Shown: one piece after another, positions 40,960 to 53,707 of the stretch
How the letters are laid out: every line of letters begins with the position of its first letter
How positions within the stretch are numbered: position 1 is the stretch's first letter
DNA from: Sphagnum compactum
Taxonomy: Eukaryota
Direction of reading: 5' to 3'
Assembly (NCBI GenBank): GCA_965153455.1
Contig: OZ234494.1
Span: 992,001-1,056,000 of the forward strand
DNA length: 64,000 nucleotides
Position numbers and translations under genes: made by a program
Notes under the pieces: model-generated
Databases searched by the model: none
The model's input: the letters and a program-made list of their open reading frames with translations, nothing else
Told to the model about the DNA's origin: nothing

Positions 40960-42250
40960 ATGATGTTCTATCCAACATGCAAATAATGCATCTCTTAATA
41001 ATTCATTAATTTTTTTTTGGTTCTCCATTTTAAAGATAATTCACCTTATCAAAACAATTAATGGGTCACCTTACTCCTTAATATTATGAACAACAGGTTC
41101 AAGGATGCCATGTAGTTCACAAAAGTTGTGCAAAACACAATAGGCCATGACGATGCATAGTGTTTTGTCCACATGCACTAGCATGCCTTTATAAATCCAC
41201 CATCAGTTTTTAAGGGTGTCAAATGCATTCATGATCATAACTCAATTTCCATTCATTGAAACATTGAATTGAATTTTGCCTATTGCAACAAGTTTACAAA
41301 TTTTGTAATTCTTAGTGAGATATGGTTGAATTAGGTAGGTTGAATGGCCTAATATGAATGGTTGAGCCTCCAAACCTTAAATGTTGATTACTAGTTTTTA
41401 TAAAATCTCACTTGAGTCCGTAATTATTTGTATAAAGTAGAATACATAAATTGTCAACCACGATGAACACCACTAGGTTGTCCCACACATGCATTCCAAA
41501 AAACTTTATTTGCATCACAAATGCCTTGCACAACCATGTGAAAAAAATGTTTGTGATTGTGGAATTTTTTGGGGGCAATTGTAATCGTTCTAAATTGTTG
41601 AAATGATAATAGAACATGTGTATGATAATAGAACATGTGTACTGTCAATGACACCTACAATTTGTTGAATACCATTCAAATCTCTAAATATTTCAATGGA
41701 TATTAAACATTATTTTATAGGAAGGTGAATGTAAATCCTATAAAATTTATCCATATTTGCCAAATTGTCACACATAATGTCAATGTATTTTTGAATAATG
41801 AAACACCAACATTGTAAATATTAGCTCTAAACATTGTCCTATAGGAAGATGAATATAAATCTTGTAAAATTTATCCCTTTTTGCCAAAATGTCACACACA
41901 ATGTTAGTGTACTTTTGAATAATGAAACCACAACATTCTAAAGATTAGTTGTTAACTTGAGTAGAATTCCATCAACTAATCTTTACAAAAAAATCTTCAC
42001 AACTTTAAAGATGGGAAGAGATTTTCACACAAAAATAAATGAGCGCGTAATGAAAGACATGATTTGTTGGACAAGACTTTTGAATGTAAAAAACGATATT
42101 TCATGAATTTGAATATATCATTTATCCAACAGTTCAATATTGGTGAACCAAACATCTTTTTCTATAACATCCAAATGTGTTCTGTGTGTATGTTCTTTCC
42201 ACCACAACCTATGAACATGGCTTTTCTCTCTACAATAGATAGTAACAAGA
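40960..42250 (-). mobile_element. Decayed PIF/Harbinger DDE transposase
   Basis: Minus-strand fragments IVGVIDSTHV (GAIDGTH motif), MVVQGICDANKVFWNACVGQPSGVH, QPFILGHSTY (ILGDSAY-like), IVMAYCVLHNFC. Contains an internal ~125-bp duplication at ~41716-41950. Confidence 0.75.
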
Positions 42251-45246
42251 ATCGACAAAAATAATTTGAAACAAGCTAGTTTCATCAAAAAGTATTAAAT
42301 TCAATAAAAGCTCATAACAATACAACCTCATGGACATAGACATATGCAAAAACATTTGACAAAAAAACTAAATCCCAACAATTAAAACAATGTTTGCGAT
42401 AATGTAAAGGAAAATGGGATGGAGGGCACATGATCCACATTGCTCAATTCACATTTGGTGAACTTCCATGCATTCCTGGAGAGAGAAAGGTAAGAAAGTT
42501 TTCATAAGAAACAAATTGGATTGCATTTCTACACAGAAGATCACATTTGACACGTGTGCATCTGTTTTCTTCCATGGTAAGTTTCTCTTTGCATAGTATG
42601 TAGCACTCAGGATGGACCAAACAATTTTCTAGATTGATAGATCATAGTGACAAAACATATCTCCCTTGTCAAGGTAGGCTACCTGATGATGGCAAGTAGA
42701 ATGGAGAATTGGAAGAGAAGCGTCTGCCAGGAACTCTGCGAGTAGTTTTCTGAAACATTCAAAGAGCACTCCAAACATTTTCTTTGAAGGCTCTGCATAT
42801 GAGGAACCAGACAACCTTACTCCTTCATTAGTTGCGTCGAAAACCCATGGTGTCACCACTAATACTTCTGGGGATATATTCATTTCCAAGTTTGGAGACA
42901 CTCCACTTGGTTGGCGCAGCAACAAGTGCACTATGCAATCTGTTTTCAATGAGCATCTGGTAGAAGAGACAAGTGACAGTGTTGCAAGGAGATGGTGAGA
43001 CAGGTAAGGCCCACACAACAATGTCAAGTGGATGTGATGGGGTACTTGGCCAAAGCCAGGTTGCAGATACATGTTTGATCACACAGAAAATAGGGTAAGC
43101 TTGTGACCATGTTGCCTATGAGCAAGTCCTTTCCCCTAGATCAGGAACAAATGTTGCAATCAACTCTGCAATTTCTTTTGTTGTTCAACAAGACTCTCTA
43201 CTTTTGCAGCTCACTATTTCCATTGGTATTTGTGTCATCAAATCATTGCAAGGGGCTCATTTTTTCTATACCCACTTCAACTGTTCTTACAACCTTTATC
43301 ATTTATCCCTCACACCAAGCTCACTATTATTATTAGGTCAATGCAATTGAAAGGCAGATGCAAAAACTTTTGCCACTAGCATTTCAGAGAAAATGCAGTG
43401 CAATTTGGCCACCCATATTGTTGTAGCATCTCACGTAACAAATCAACTCAGGCGACAATGAATGCATGAACAAAATGCAAGATTTGTATTATGATCATCG
43501 TTCCATAACTTCTCTTCATGTTGGCAAAAAATTCCCCTTATTTCCCTGTTTCTGGATATAACCAATTAAGATCACTCATTTCTTTTGCAGACTATCTGCC
43601 ATTTTTCTTTGTCTAAAACATAGGTTGTGGTGGTGGCACGGTGGTGGAAGGCCAAAGCCCAAGTGGATATTGTCTTGTGGCAAGCATCATGATGCATTCA
43701 TTCTTCATGCAGAGTCTTCTCCCTCCCTACGCTTGCAAAGTTGTTGCAGGAAGAAGACCCTCCTGCAACACCAACAAACAAACAAACAAACAAACAAACA
43801 GTCCTCCATATACATATAATTTTTTGCTTCTTCAACACCTTGTTGAAGAAGTCCGAAACATCTCACCCAAGGTGGTGCTGTCCATCGTAAGTTGCATCAT
43901 GACTTTTCTTTCTGCCATACCTTTTTTTGCTCCAATATAAAACTAAGTAGCAATATCACATAATGGGTACTCCTGTTGTATTCTTGTTAGAGATCTCCTA
44001 AACATAATTGGCCATCTTCATCATATAGTTGATAGCAAGAGATCCATTCACAACTAGTGATAATCTTAACTTGCAACAAGTATAGCAATATGGCAAAAAA
44101 TAAAAATAAAAATAAAAATAATATATATATGTATATCCTGACTTCTGCTGATTGAAATTCCCAAAACTCACTTCATTTTAATTTTTTAATTCCATTTTTA
44201 ATTCACTTCATGGTGAATTTTCACCAATAAAAAAAAGGCTGATTTAAAGGCCCTACTTCATCCAAAGTCTAATTCATTGCTACTGGTAGACTTTGCTCTT
44301 ACAATTGCAAGCTGTGTGCCTTGGCCCCCCCCCCCCCCCCCCCATCAAGCTATGCAGTACAAGAAAAGGTCATACATACTCGGGTATCCTAATTGACTAA
44401 AAAAATTGATTTTGGATGTTGTCAACTATACCAAATGGTGCAAATGACCCCCTGTCCAAAACAAAAATGGAGTCATCATCATCATGCAACAATACTTGAA
44501 AACCATAAAAAATAAATGGAGTCATTATCATGCAACAATACTTGAAAACCATATAACTTAGGAAATCCAAACACACAAACAAAAATGAGGAACTCAAACC
44601 CCCATTGGAGATCTACCCGGGGATTCTTCGATCACCATCAATCACCAATGTCCCCACCCACACCACACCACACAAAAGAACAACAATATTGCAGTGAATT
44701 TTGCACTAGGAATTGATCATCATTCATACACTAATAAGGCACTCACTCACATTCTGCAGGCAACACTTTCTACTTACATCACCTACAAACAAATCTGACA
44801 AAAGACAAAACCACAAAAATCATAACAACCCATCATGACATAACTAATGCCCATAAGACAAACCCACCACTACCTCCTCAAAATAGCTCTAATTGTTGTC
44901 ATTTTCTCGCTTCAATGTTTTTGGTGTCTCCAGGAATTTCATTGTAGCTTTTCTACTATTTTTACTACTCTTATTTTAACAAATGGGAAGGAGAGCTTGC
45001 TTTTAGACTCTCCAGACTTTCTTTCTTTCTTGAGGGATACTACTCAAATGATGTGCACAACAAACATTTTTGACAAATTCACCACCAAAATCATCATACT
45101 CGGTTTTGACATATGAGGTTTTTGGAGGGTAGGTTACCATGGTTTTTGAGCTTGGCTTACCACAGTTGGTTAGTTTCATACTATTCACACCATTGCACAA
45201 CATTTTACAAACACAAACTTGAGGTCCTACAACTCTTAACCTAACC

Positions 45247-45672
45247 CCGTGTTGGTCTGGTATTGACTTTGAACATACCAGCCTGGTCCTAATATTGGGC
45301 AATGGACGGATGACGGGATGCATGAAATGTCCGTCTGGCTTAAATAGACGGATGACAGGATGGATGAAATGTTCATTCGATTGGATGACGAGATGGATGA
45401 CGGGACGGATTAAAGGGAAGCTTCACGACGTCCTTTACTATATATAATATATACCAGCTTGGTCCCAGTATTGGGTCCTTTTTAATACTTTCATACCAGC
45501 CTAGACCCGACAATGGGTCCCAGGGACCAGGACTCTTTCTTGCCTTTTATGAGGCAGGTAGGTACTTATGTAGCCTACCTGCTAGTATTTAGGGTACCCG
45601 CACTCATACAAGAGCCCGTATTGCCTTAGCTCATACCGACCAGCCAGGGTAGGTTACCAGTATTGATACCCG
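45247..45672 (-). mobile_element. Second copy of the same repeat family, with a nested ~150-bp insert (45298-45450)
   Basis: GTGTTGGTCTGGTATTGACTTTGAACATACCAGCCTGGTC matches the reverse complement of the 3' end of the 10146-10509 copy. The insert is rich in GGATGACG and bounded by duplicated ATACCAGC(C/T)TGGTCC..TATTGG. Confidence 0.6.
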
Positions 45673-47440
45673 TGTTGGGTTTAGGGTTTAGGGTTCTATA
45701 TACTACTATACACCACCATGACTCATGTGTCTTCAAGTTCTTTGGGCATGATATCCATCATACTAGAATCAATAGGACATTCTAAGTTCACAAACAAAGA
45801 GTGATGCTCAACTACTCTTGGTGAACTTACAATGTCATCTTTTGCATATTTAATGGGTGGATTTCCAAGTTGACTAGATTTATTTTTCTTTCCGTTGTCA
45901 TGGCAAATTTTCATTCATCCATAACATTTTTTTTTTCCTTAAAAAAAGAAAAAGTTAGGAATTGGAAAAGCTCCAGGGTTTATAAATCTCCCATGGGCAT
46001 TTTGGCCACAAATCCATCCCATATGCCAAAGAACAAAGCAATGTCATGAGCTCGCATGATATATTCACTCTTTTTTGGGCCTTGTATCCAAGCAATCGGT
46101 GTGGCCAGCCAGTCCCAACCTCAAAGTTCCCCAGACTTTGTTGTGATGGACCAATTCCGTCCATGATACCTTACCCTAGGGTCAGTTTCGTCATTAATTC
46201 ATCCTTGAAATATTGAAATGAAATTTTATGAAAACATAAAAGCTGAGGCGCTGATTGAAAACCATCATAATTATACGAATAATTTCTCTATTCACACGAC
46301 AAGCTTGTAGTAGACTATTGTGCATCACGAAAAAATAATGAATAACTTGAGTAGAATTTTCATTCTTAATTTTGTTCATCACATTTTTGCTCTAGGCTTT
46401 TACAAGATCTTAGTACCTATTGTGATTTGTATTAATTAGTTTTAATTAATTGAGATGCATCCTCCAAGCTCTTTTTTGTTTTGCAATGGGCCCATCACCA
46501 AATTATTTTTGAAACTTTGGACAATCTCTCCTCCCCCCAAACAAAATTTTACAAGGCCATGTAGAACCATGTTTTACACTATTTCACAACATTAATGCAA
46601 ACTTATAAATTTTATTTTATTTTATTTTATATGAAGCCTTTACAAAGATAAAGTAAATGAATACAACCTCACACAAAACACACACCGCAAAGCAATGTTT
46701 TCATTTTAATTTTTTGATTTCACAATAGTGACAATTTTTTTTGTAGAAAATCTCATTTTTTTCAGAAACTTTTCAAATTTTTTTTGAAAGTAATGACAAA
46801 TTTTCACTCACAAGAACATTTGCCATAATGATGTGTCTTGGGGTATGATCATACACATGCCTCAAACTTAAGCTTTTAAGGACTACATTTCAAAGGGGAG
46901 ATCATCACATGTGTTTAAAGACCTTGCCTTATGGGATTGTTCACCAACTTCACATAAGCCTTCTCTTTATGAAAATATTCGTAACCATAATAATAATGTT
47001 GGGTTTATTATATCATAAATTTATTATTTACAAGATTTCTCAATGTAAAGAGATGAAATGAAGTTAATATTCTGTTCACAATAAACTTATCCTTTAAATA
47101 ATCTTTACTTTCGACTTGATTATGGTCCTCACTCGACTCATTCATCTCCTTTTTTATTTATCCATAAAATCCATTAAAGTGAAATCACTTTAATTATCAC
47201 TTCCAAATTAAAGATGAACTCCTAATGGTGATCACCATAGTTTTCTTAAAATTAAATTGTTGTCTACTTAGATTATGGCCACAAGAATTAGGAGATTACT
47301 TAAGTAGGGGTTAAATAGGTTAAGGCCCATCCAACTCCTTACCTACCTACGAGCTACCCACATACCTACCATGGGTTGCTTACTTACTCACCCATGAGGT
47401 ACTTACCTATTTACTATAAGGATGATAAAAAGCTTAAATG

Positions 47441-48225
47441 GGGGGTTATACAGGGCTTACCTAAGGGCCTACTTAAGGATTACCTAAGGACTATCAAAGG
47501 GCTACCAAAGAGCCTACTTAAATTAGGGGATATTAGGATTATATTTAAAGGGTCTACTTTAGTAACCTTGAGGATTACTGAAGGATTACCTAAAGACCAT
47601 TTAAGGGCCTACCTAGGTTATGGGCTATCTAAGAGAAGATTGATCAAAAACTTACTTGAAAAATTGCATAAGAACTACTTAAGACCTATCTACATAAACA
47701 AATACCTCAGGGCTATTTAAAGAATTATTGAAGGAACTACATATGGTTTACATAAAGGCTATGAATCAACTAGGTAGGCAAACCTCTAAATAATTCTTAA
47801 GTATCTCTACCTTAAAAAGTTCTTAACTAGCCTCACAAGTAGGTTTTATGTAGCCCTCCTATTTTAGATAGGCCCCTAGTTGTATCCTTAGGTAGCCCCC
47901 TAAGTAAATTTTAATTAGTTTTTAAAATTGTCCTTAAATATCCTAGGTAAAACCTTAAATGTTTCCTTAAATAGCTTTATGTAAGCTTTTGATACCCTAG
48001 GTAGCCCCCTAGGTAAGCTCTATGTAAACTTTACCTCATCTTTACGTATCCCATAACTTAAATAAGTTTTTAAATGTATCTTTAGATTCCCTAAATAAAT
48101 AGTCCTTAAACATCTCATAACTTAAATAAACCTTTAGATATCTCCTTAAGTAGGCCCTAGGCAATCCCTAAGTAACCCCTAGATATCCTTAGTTAACTTC
48201 TTAGGTAAACTTTGTGTAATCCCCC
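47441..48225. repeat. Foldback-like inverted repeat built from short GGCTACCTAAG-like subrepeats
   Basis: The left half is rich in GG(G)CTACCTAAG / CCTACTTAAG and the right half in the reverse complement (CTTAGGTAGCCC, CTTAAGTAGGCCC). Ends GGGGGTTATACAGGGCTTACCTAAG and CTTAGGTAAACTTTGTGTAATCCCCC. Confidence 0.7.
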
Positions 48226-48519
48226 AAACTCCCTTTAAATATCCCATAACATAAGTAGGTTTTTACATAGATTTATATAAAATACAAAAATAAAAAAAAA
48301 CCTCAAATCATCATGGGCGAGCAAGAAATTTGAGTTTCCTCTTTGAATATTTTCATATAGCATAGTCCCATCTTGTATTTTGACTATAATTCTCAAGTTC
48401 AAGGAAACCCATAATTCTACTCATGGGTTTTATTGTCTTTGCAAAATACTTGAAAAGAAATTAGATAATTCATTCACACCTTTCATCTAAATCTAATAAG
48501 TTATTATCATCAAGACCTT

Positions 48520-50565
48520 ATAAAATTTTATTTATAAAACACACCGCATATTTGAAAAATGTACAAATGTATTAAAACAAAGGATAATTTAAAGGACATC
48601 GCACTGACACAAACTAAATGTCAAAAACTCTCCATTTCAATAACCAACCCATTGTAATAGGTTAACCATGGCAATGGGGGGTATGTCCTAAAGGGGTGGA
48701 AGTTGGGAAGTAGTTAAGCCTATCGCCATTGTTTAACTTAACATGGACGATGCTTACATCTTTTGCAATGTAATTGAATTTTTTTGACAAAAATAAATAA
48801 CCAAAATAGAAAGGGGAAGACCCTCTAGCCCTTTTAAGTTCCAAATAGCATTGGCACAATTGTGTAAAAACATGTTTGCATATTTATGTAAACATCCAAA
48901 TACTTCAATTACTAGAGGGAAGAATTGATTGGTGGGGTGTAACTCTTTTTTTTTGGCTTGAGCTACATCGGAGGCAACAACTCTTTGAATAAAATCAGGG
49001 GAATAGATCTGCACACGTTGGGTTAGCTATAACAATGTCAGCTAAAGTACGAATTCCATTTTTGGTGAGCACAATGTCAATTCGTCAACGAGAAGAATCA
49101 AGTGTGGCTGATGGAAGCGCATGTAATTATTATTGTCCCACGTGGAAACTAACATCTTACGCAATGGCAACAAAAATGTCATGAATTGCATCATCGATCC
49201 CCTTGTGCTCCTTGCCATGGGCGCAATTTAAAAGGTGGATACCCATAGGGTCGATGGGATGTGTGCACACACATCGAGGGAGGCTTGTAATTGAAGGATG
49301 TGGTAGCCAGAATTGTGTCCAAAATGATGTGGAGAAAATTGGGGAAGATAATTGAAACGTTGGGAAGATTGGTCAAGCTATAAGCCAAATGCCTGCCCCA
49401 AGACTGGAACATGATAAAATTCGGGCACGATGGGTTTCACGTATCCCATCGGAAAACATGCTAAAGAAGGTATGATGGAGCAAACGTTTCAAAATGGAAT
49501 CTTGAAGATGAACTATTTGTTGTTAGATGAATTGTTCAAAAGGAAAAAAAACATGCTCATGTTGGGGTAGTAAAAGATCACATGTTACTTTGGAGTGTTG
49601 TTGGAAAGGAAATGTGTTGTTGTCAACTCATGTTATGGTTTCAAAAAGGAAAGGATGTTGGTCGATCATGAACTTAATAGCTATGATTGAAGTTACAAAG
49701 GCCCAACTCCTTAAATAGGCTACTTGGGCCATGGTGGATGTCAGTATGAGCCTGATGCCATCAAGAGTTATTGGGAGAAAGGTTTGTTTACATGCTAGAG
49801 GTCCTTCAAGGCTTTCAAAGGACCCTGGACCTAAGAGGCATCCAAACCTTTAAAAGAGGGAGGAATCAAAAGAAACAAATGAATCTATGAAGGTGGGAAA
49901 GGGAGGTGTGCAACGTAATAAATATAATGGTCGTTGTGAGCAACAGTGAGTTAGAAATCCAAAAGCTACATGGACATCGCCCAATCTAGGGAAAAGGTCA
50001 ACATGTCAAATATTTTTAATAATGTATTTTTTATGAAGGATGATTTGAATGATGAAATGCCCAATGAAACTTCCAAGACTTTGATTATGTCTTATTGTGT
50101 GTTAAATTGGGATGGGGTGCTGAAATTAAACAACAGGCCTAAAATGGACTATGTTACACATTTTTGAGGTTGGATAGAAAGACCTATTGCATGAAGTTCA
50201 ATTTGAAAATGCTCATATGCAAAAGATACAATGGAAAAAGGCCAATGATGTGAATATCATTTGCAATGGATGGAAATAAATAGGAAGGGAAATGGCTAGT
50301 TGTACAACATAATGTCTTAAGGTGAGTTAAAACAAATAATGCCCCTCCTAAAAGATCACTTTAACGAGTTCCCATGGTAGATGGGATGACCGTGACATCG
50401 ACATCACGATTATGGTGATTACAAAACAAAGAAGATTCAAATATATAGAATGCACAAACAAAATGGATAAGTTGTATGATGTCCCCACATGTTGAACAAT
50501 TTTTTAAAAATATGACATTTCTTGACACCAAATTGAAAAACATTCACCACATTCAATTATGAACA
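48520..50565 (-). mobile_element. 5'-truncated, decayed CRE-clade non-LTR retrotransposon (RT + zinc finger + restriction-like endonuclease)
   Basis: Minus strand: GTR*SDLLGGALF (QGDPL motif), FPSIANDIHIIG (YxDD position), CVCTHPIDPMGIHLLNCAHG, RIDIVLTKNGIRTLADIVIANPT, FFPLVIEVFGCLH (REL endonuclease). AATAAA near the 3' end (~48530). Confidence 0.8.
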
Positions 50566-51679
50566 TGAAGCCCATAAAATTATGTGACGTTACATGAATG
50601 AACTTAATATTGTTTAACATTTTCCTCTTTAGCAAGGACCGGCCTGATAAGTAGTGAGACTTGGACCTGAGGCAAATACCAACCTTGTGCCAGTTTTATA
50701 TCAGTTTCAATATAAGGTACACATTTGTCCCATACAACCCTAAACTATGCATGTGTTCATCCATGCATTCATCCTTTCCATCATATTTGTTGTGTGCATG
50801 GCCTAGGTTTGGTTCCTTTTCCATATAATGAATGAATGAATGCATGGTGGCAAAACCCCCAAGGTGACCATGGGCCAGTCAAGGTGACCCATTGCCCAAA
50901 AGACAGAAAAAGAGAGTTCTTGAATGCATCAAAACTATTTAAACTAATTAATCCCTAAACCCTACGACCCTAAACCTAGGGTCCTAACTTTGTTCATCAT
51001 CATTTTTCTCCTATGCTTGTAGGGGACCCCTAAACTCTATACCCTACAAGCATAGGAGAAAAATGGTGGTGAACAAAATTAGGAATGAAAATTTTACTCC
51101 AATAACAAGGTGGAGAGAACATGGATCCAAAGAATGTGCACCCAAGACATTTCTCAATGGCATCATAATTTGTCTCATGTCCTTTGCCCAAAAGTGTGAG
51201 CTTGTAGTGTGTTTAAGGTTTAGGGTTACATAACAACCTTTTCATTCTACTATTTTGGTAGGAAAAAACTTTGATTTGGGGAGCATTACAACCATTATAT
51301 ATGTTTCTTGTGAAGGGCCAATCAAAGTGATCCATTGCCCCAAAAAAATTGAATCTCGCAATGCACCCACAACTAATTAATATGGATTGCAAATACCTAT
51401 TGTGCTTTGCATTAATTAGATGAGGTGCCTTCAAAGCATTTTTTTTTTTCTTTTTTCTTGGACATGAGCCAATTTGATTAGCCCATCTCTCCAAAAAAAA
51501 AAGAAACTATGGAGGCTCCACAAGGACAAAAAAAAAGGGAGGACCTTTCACTCCATGACTCGAAGACTTCTCATTTAAAATAAGTCCCAAAATTTGACAA
51601 AGAACCGAGGGTGGGTTTTTCATGAAACTTGACCACTTCTTCTTCCACATAGAGAGAAAAAGGGGGAGAGAGACATAAC

Positions 51680-52287
51680 CAGTGTTGGGTGGTTCTCACT
51701 TAAATTATATAATTTATTTAAAATTTTATTGTGAAATTTTTAATTAAATAATTAAAAAAAAAGCCTCCTTTTGTAGAAGAGCCCGAAGCTTTCTTCGTGA
51801 AACTCGAGCTGAAGGAGCCATTTGCATTGAAGAGGCTAGCACCGCCCAAACTCGAACCTAAACCCTAACTAAACACTAAACCCCTTGAAAACCCTTTGAA
51901 ACCGATGCCCACATGTTTTAATATCCTAACAGGTTATCACAAAAGGTTCAATTGATACCCTTTGAGGTTCGAGCTGAAGGAGCCATTGAAGAGGCTAGCA
52001 TCGCCCAAACTAGAACCTAAACCTAACTAAACACTAAACACCTTGAAAACCTGAAACCGATGCCCACATGTTTTAATATCCTAAAAGGTTATCACAAAAG
52101 GGTCAATTGATACCCTTTGATGTTTTCAAAAAGCCAGTTCTCACTCGGGCGAGAACCGCCAGTGGACAAAGAGTTTCTCGAAGAGATTTATCATCTTGTG
52201 TGAAAACCCCTGCTTCCCCATTCTGAGAACCGGACTGAAACCCTCAAAGGTTCTCACCCCCACACAAGTGAGAACCGCCCAAGACTG
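51680..52287. mobile_element. hAT-type MITE with 22-bp TIRs and 8-bp TSD
   Basis: Left TIR CAGTGTTGGGTGGTTCTCACTT; right TIR AAGTGAGAACCGCCCAAGACTG (2 mismatches). Flanks GACATAAC (51672-51679) and GACATAAT (52288-52295). Internal ~160-bp direct duplication (~51805-51965 and ~51969-52120). Confidence 0.85.
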
Positions 52288-53246
52288 GACATAATAGAAA
52301 AGAAATTATATGTATACCATGGTGGATTAGAATATATTTGTACAAAAATAATATTTGTAATTCATGTGTATTGAAAAATGTAAATATGTAATTTTAAAAT
52401 AATTAAAATGATTTAAAACATTTATGAACTTTATAATATCTATTTCAGATGCGATTTTCCACATATTTTGGACCATGTTTGTGAAACATGTGAAAAGTTT
52501 GATAATTTTTTATTTCGTAAATGGTGTTGTTTGTGTTGATCATAAGTAACTTATGGTAAATTGAAATTTTAACAAACAATCATTTTGAAATGGAAGGCAA
52601 CAAATATTGTGCATTGAATGAATCACTGCATGAAATTCATTTCAAACATTTATTTGGATGAATAATGAAACCAAATATTTAGTAAACTCTAAAATTTGAA
52701 ATGAACTTTGTTATATTGTTTCTATAATAAATATACCAATGGCTTGTTGAATTTAAATGATTATTTTTTATAATAAAATATAAGATAATATTAGTTTTAT
52801 GAAAATCACAATCCTAAGGCTCAAACATAAAAAAAAAACCCAAAATTAAATGCATCATGGTTTGGGAGGTATATATTATAACACTACACACAATTGTAAT
52901 TCCAAAACTCCATCATCTCCTTCCTTTAGTAGTGAACCTTTTTTGTTTTGTTTTGTTTTGTTGGCCTTGCCTACTACCAAGGCAATTAGGATATTGTGTT
53001 TAGAATCATTATAGAGTTATAGTAGCTTAAGGGATTTTTATAGGCCCCTAGGTAATAATAATAATAATAATAATAATAGGTCTAATATTTTTTTATATGA
53101 GGATTTTGGAAAGATGAGTATTTTGACTTGTGTTCAAACTTGAGATTAGTTATAATATCTTGAAGGATTTTGGTTTCATTAGAGCATGTTTTTTGAAGAT
53201 AATGTAACCAATGTTGGTCTAGGGTTTAAACTAGGCTCGTGAGTCG

Positions 53247-53707
53247 ACCGGGTATCAACACAAGTATCAAGAATCCTATACGAGGGTTGGTATGACCTGA
53301 GGCAAATACGGTCCTTGTATCAGTAGTACCAGCTTGGTTAGGGACCACTGTCGGTCTGGTATAAGGACCAGCATCTAGTATCGACACCAGAGGCCATACT
53401 AGGCCACCTTAATTAGAACCAGCAAGCCAGGGACCCAGAACCCACCTGATCTCAAACCTGGAATCTGCAGAAACCCTAAACCCTGAAACCCTAAATTTTT
53501 TGAATAAAAAACCCTAAACCCTAAAACCCACCCAATTTTTTTCAAAAAAAAAAACCCTAAACCCTAAACCCTGAAACCCACAACTAGACAACACCGGTAT
53601 GCACTACACACCTGCTTCATAGCCAAACCCAAAATCAGTCTTGATCCCAATACCTTGGACCAGGCTTGTATGTTGGAAAGTTGATACTAGAGTCCAGACC
53701 AACACTG
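53247..53707 (+). mobile_element. Third copy of the same repeat family, with internal CCCTAAA tracts
   Basis: GGTATGACCTGAGGCAAATAC...GTACCAGCTTGG...AAAATCAGTCTTG...CAGACCAACACTG. A further fragment lies at ~50636-50710. Confidence 0.6.

Noticed and set aside
42629..43072. 147-aa minus ORF
   Set aside because: No recognisable domain; the opposite strand looks more coding-like, so it is treated as a shadow of a decayed fragment.
47376..47720. 114-aa ORF with repeated GLPK/YLR
   Set aside because: The periodicity comes from the DNA subrepeat of the foldback element.
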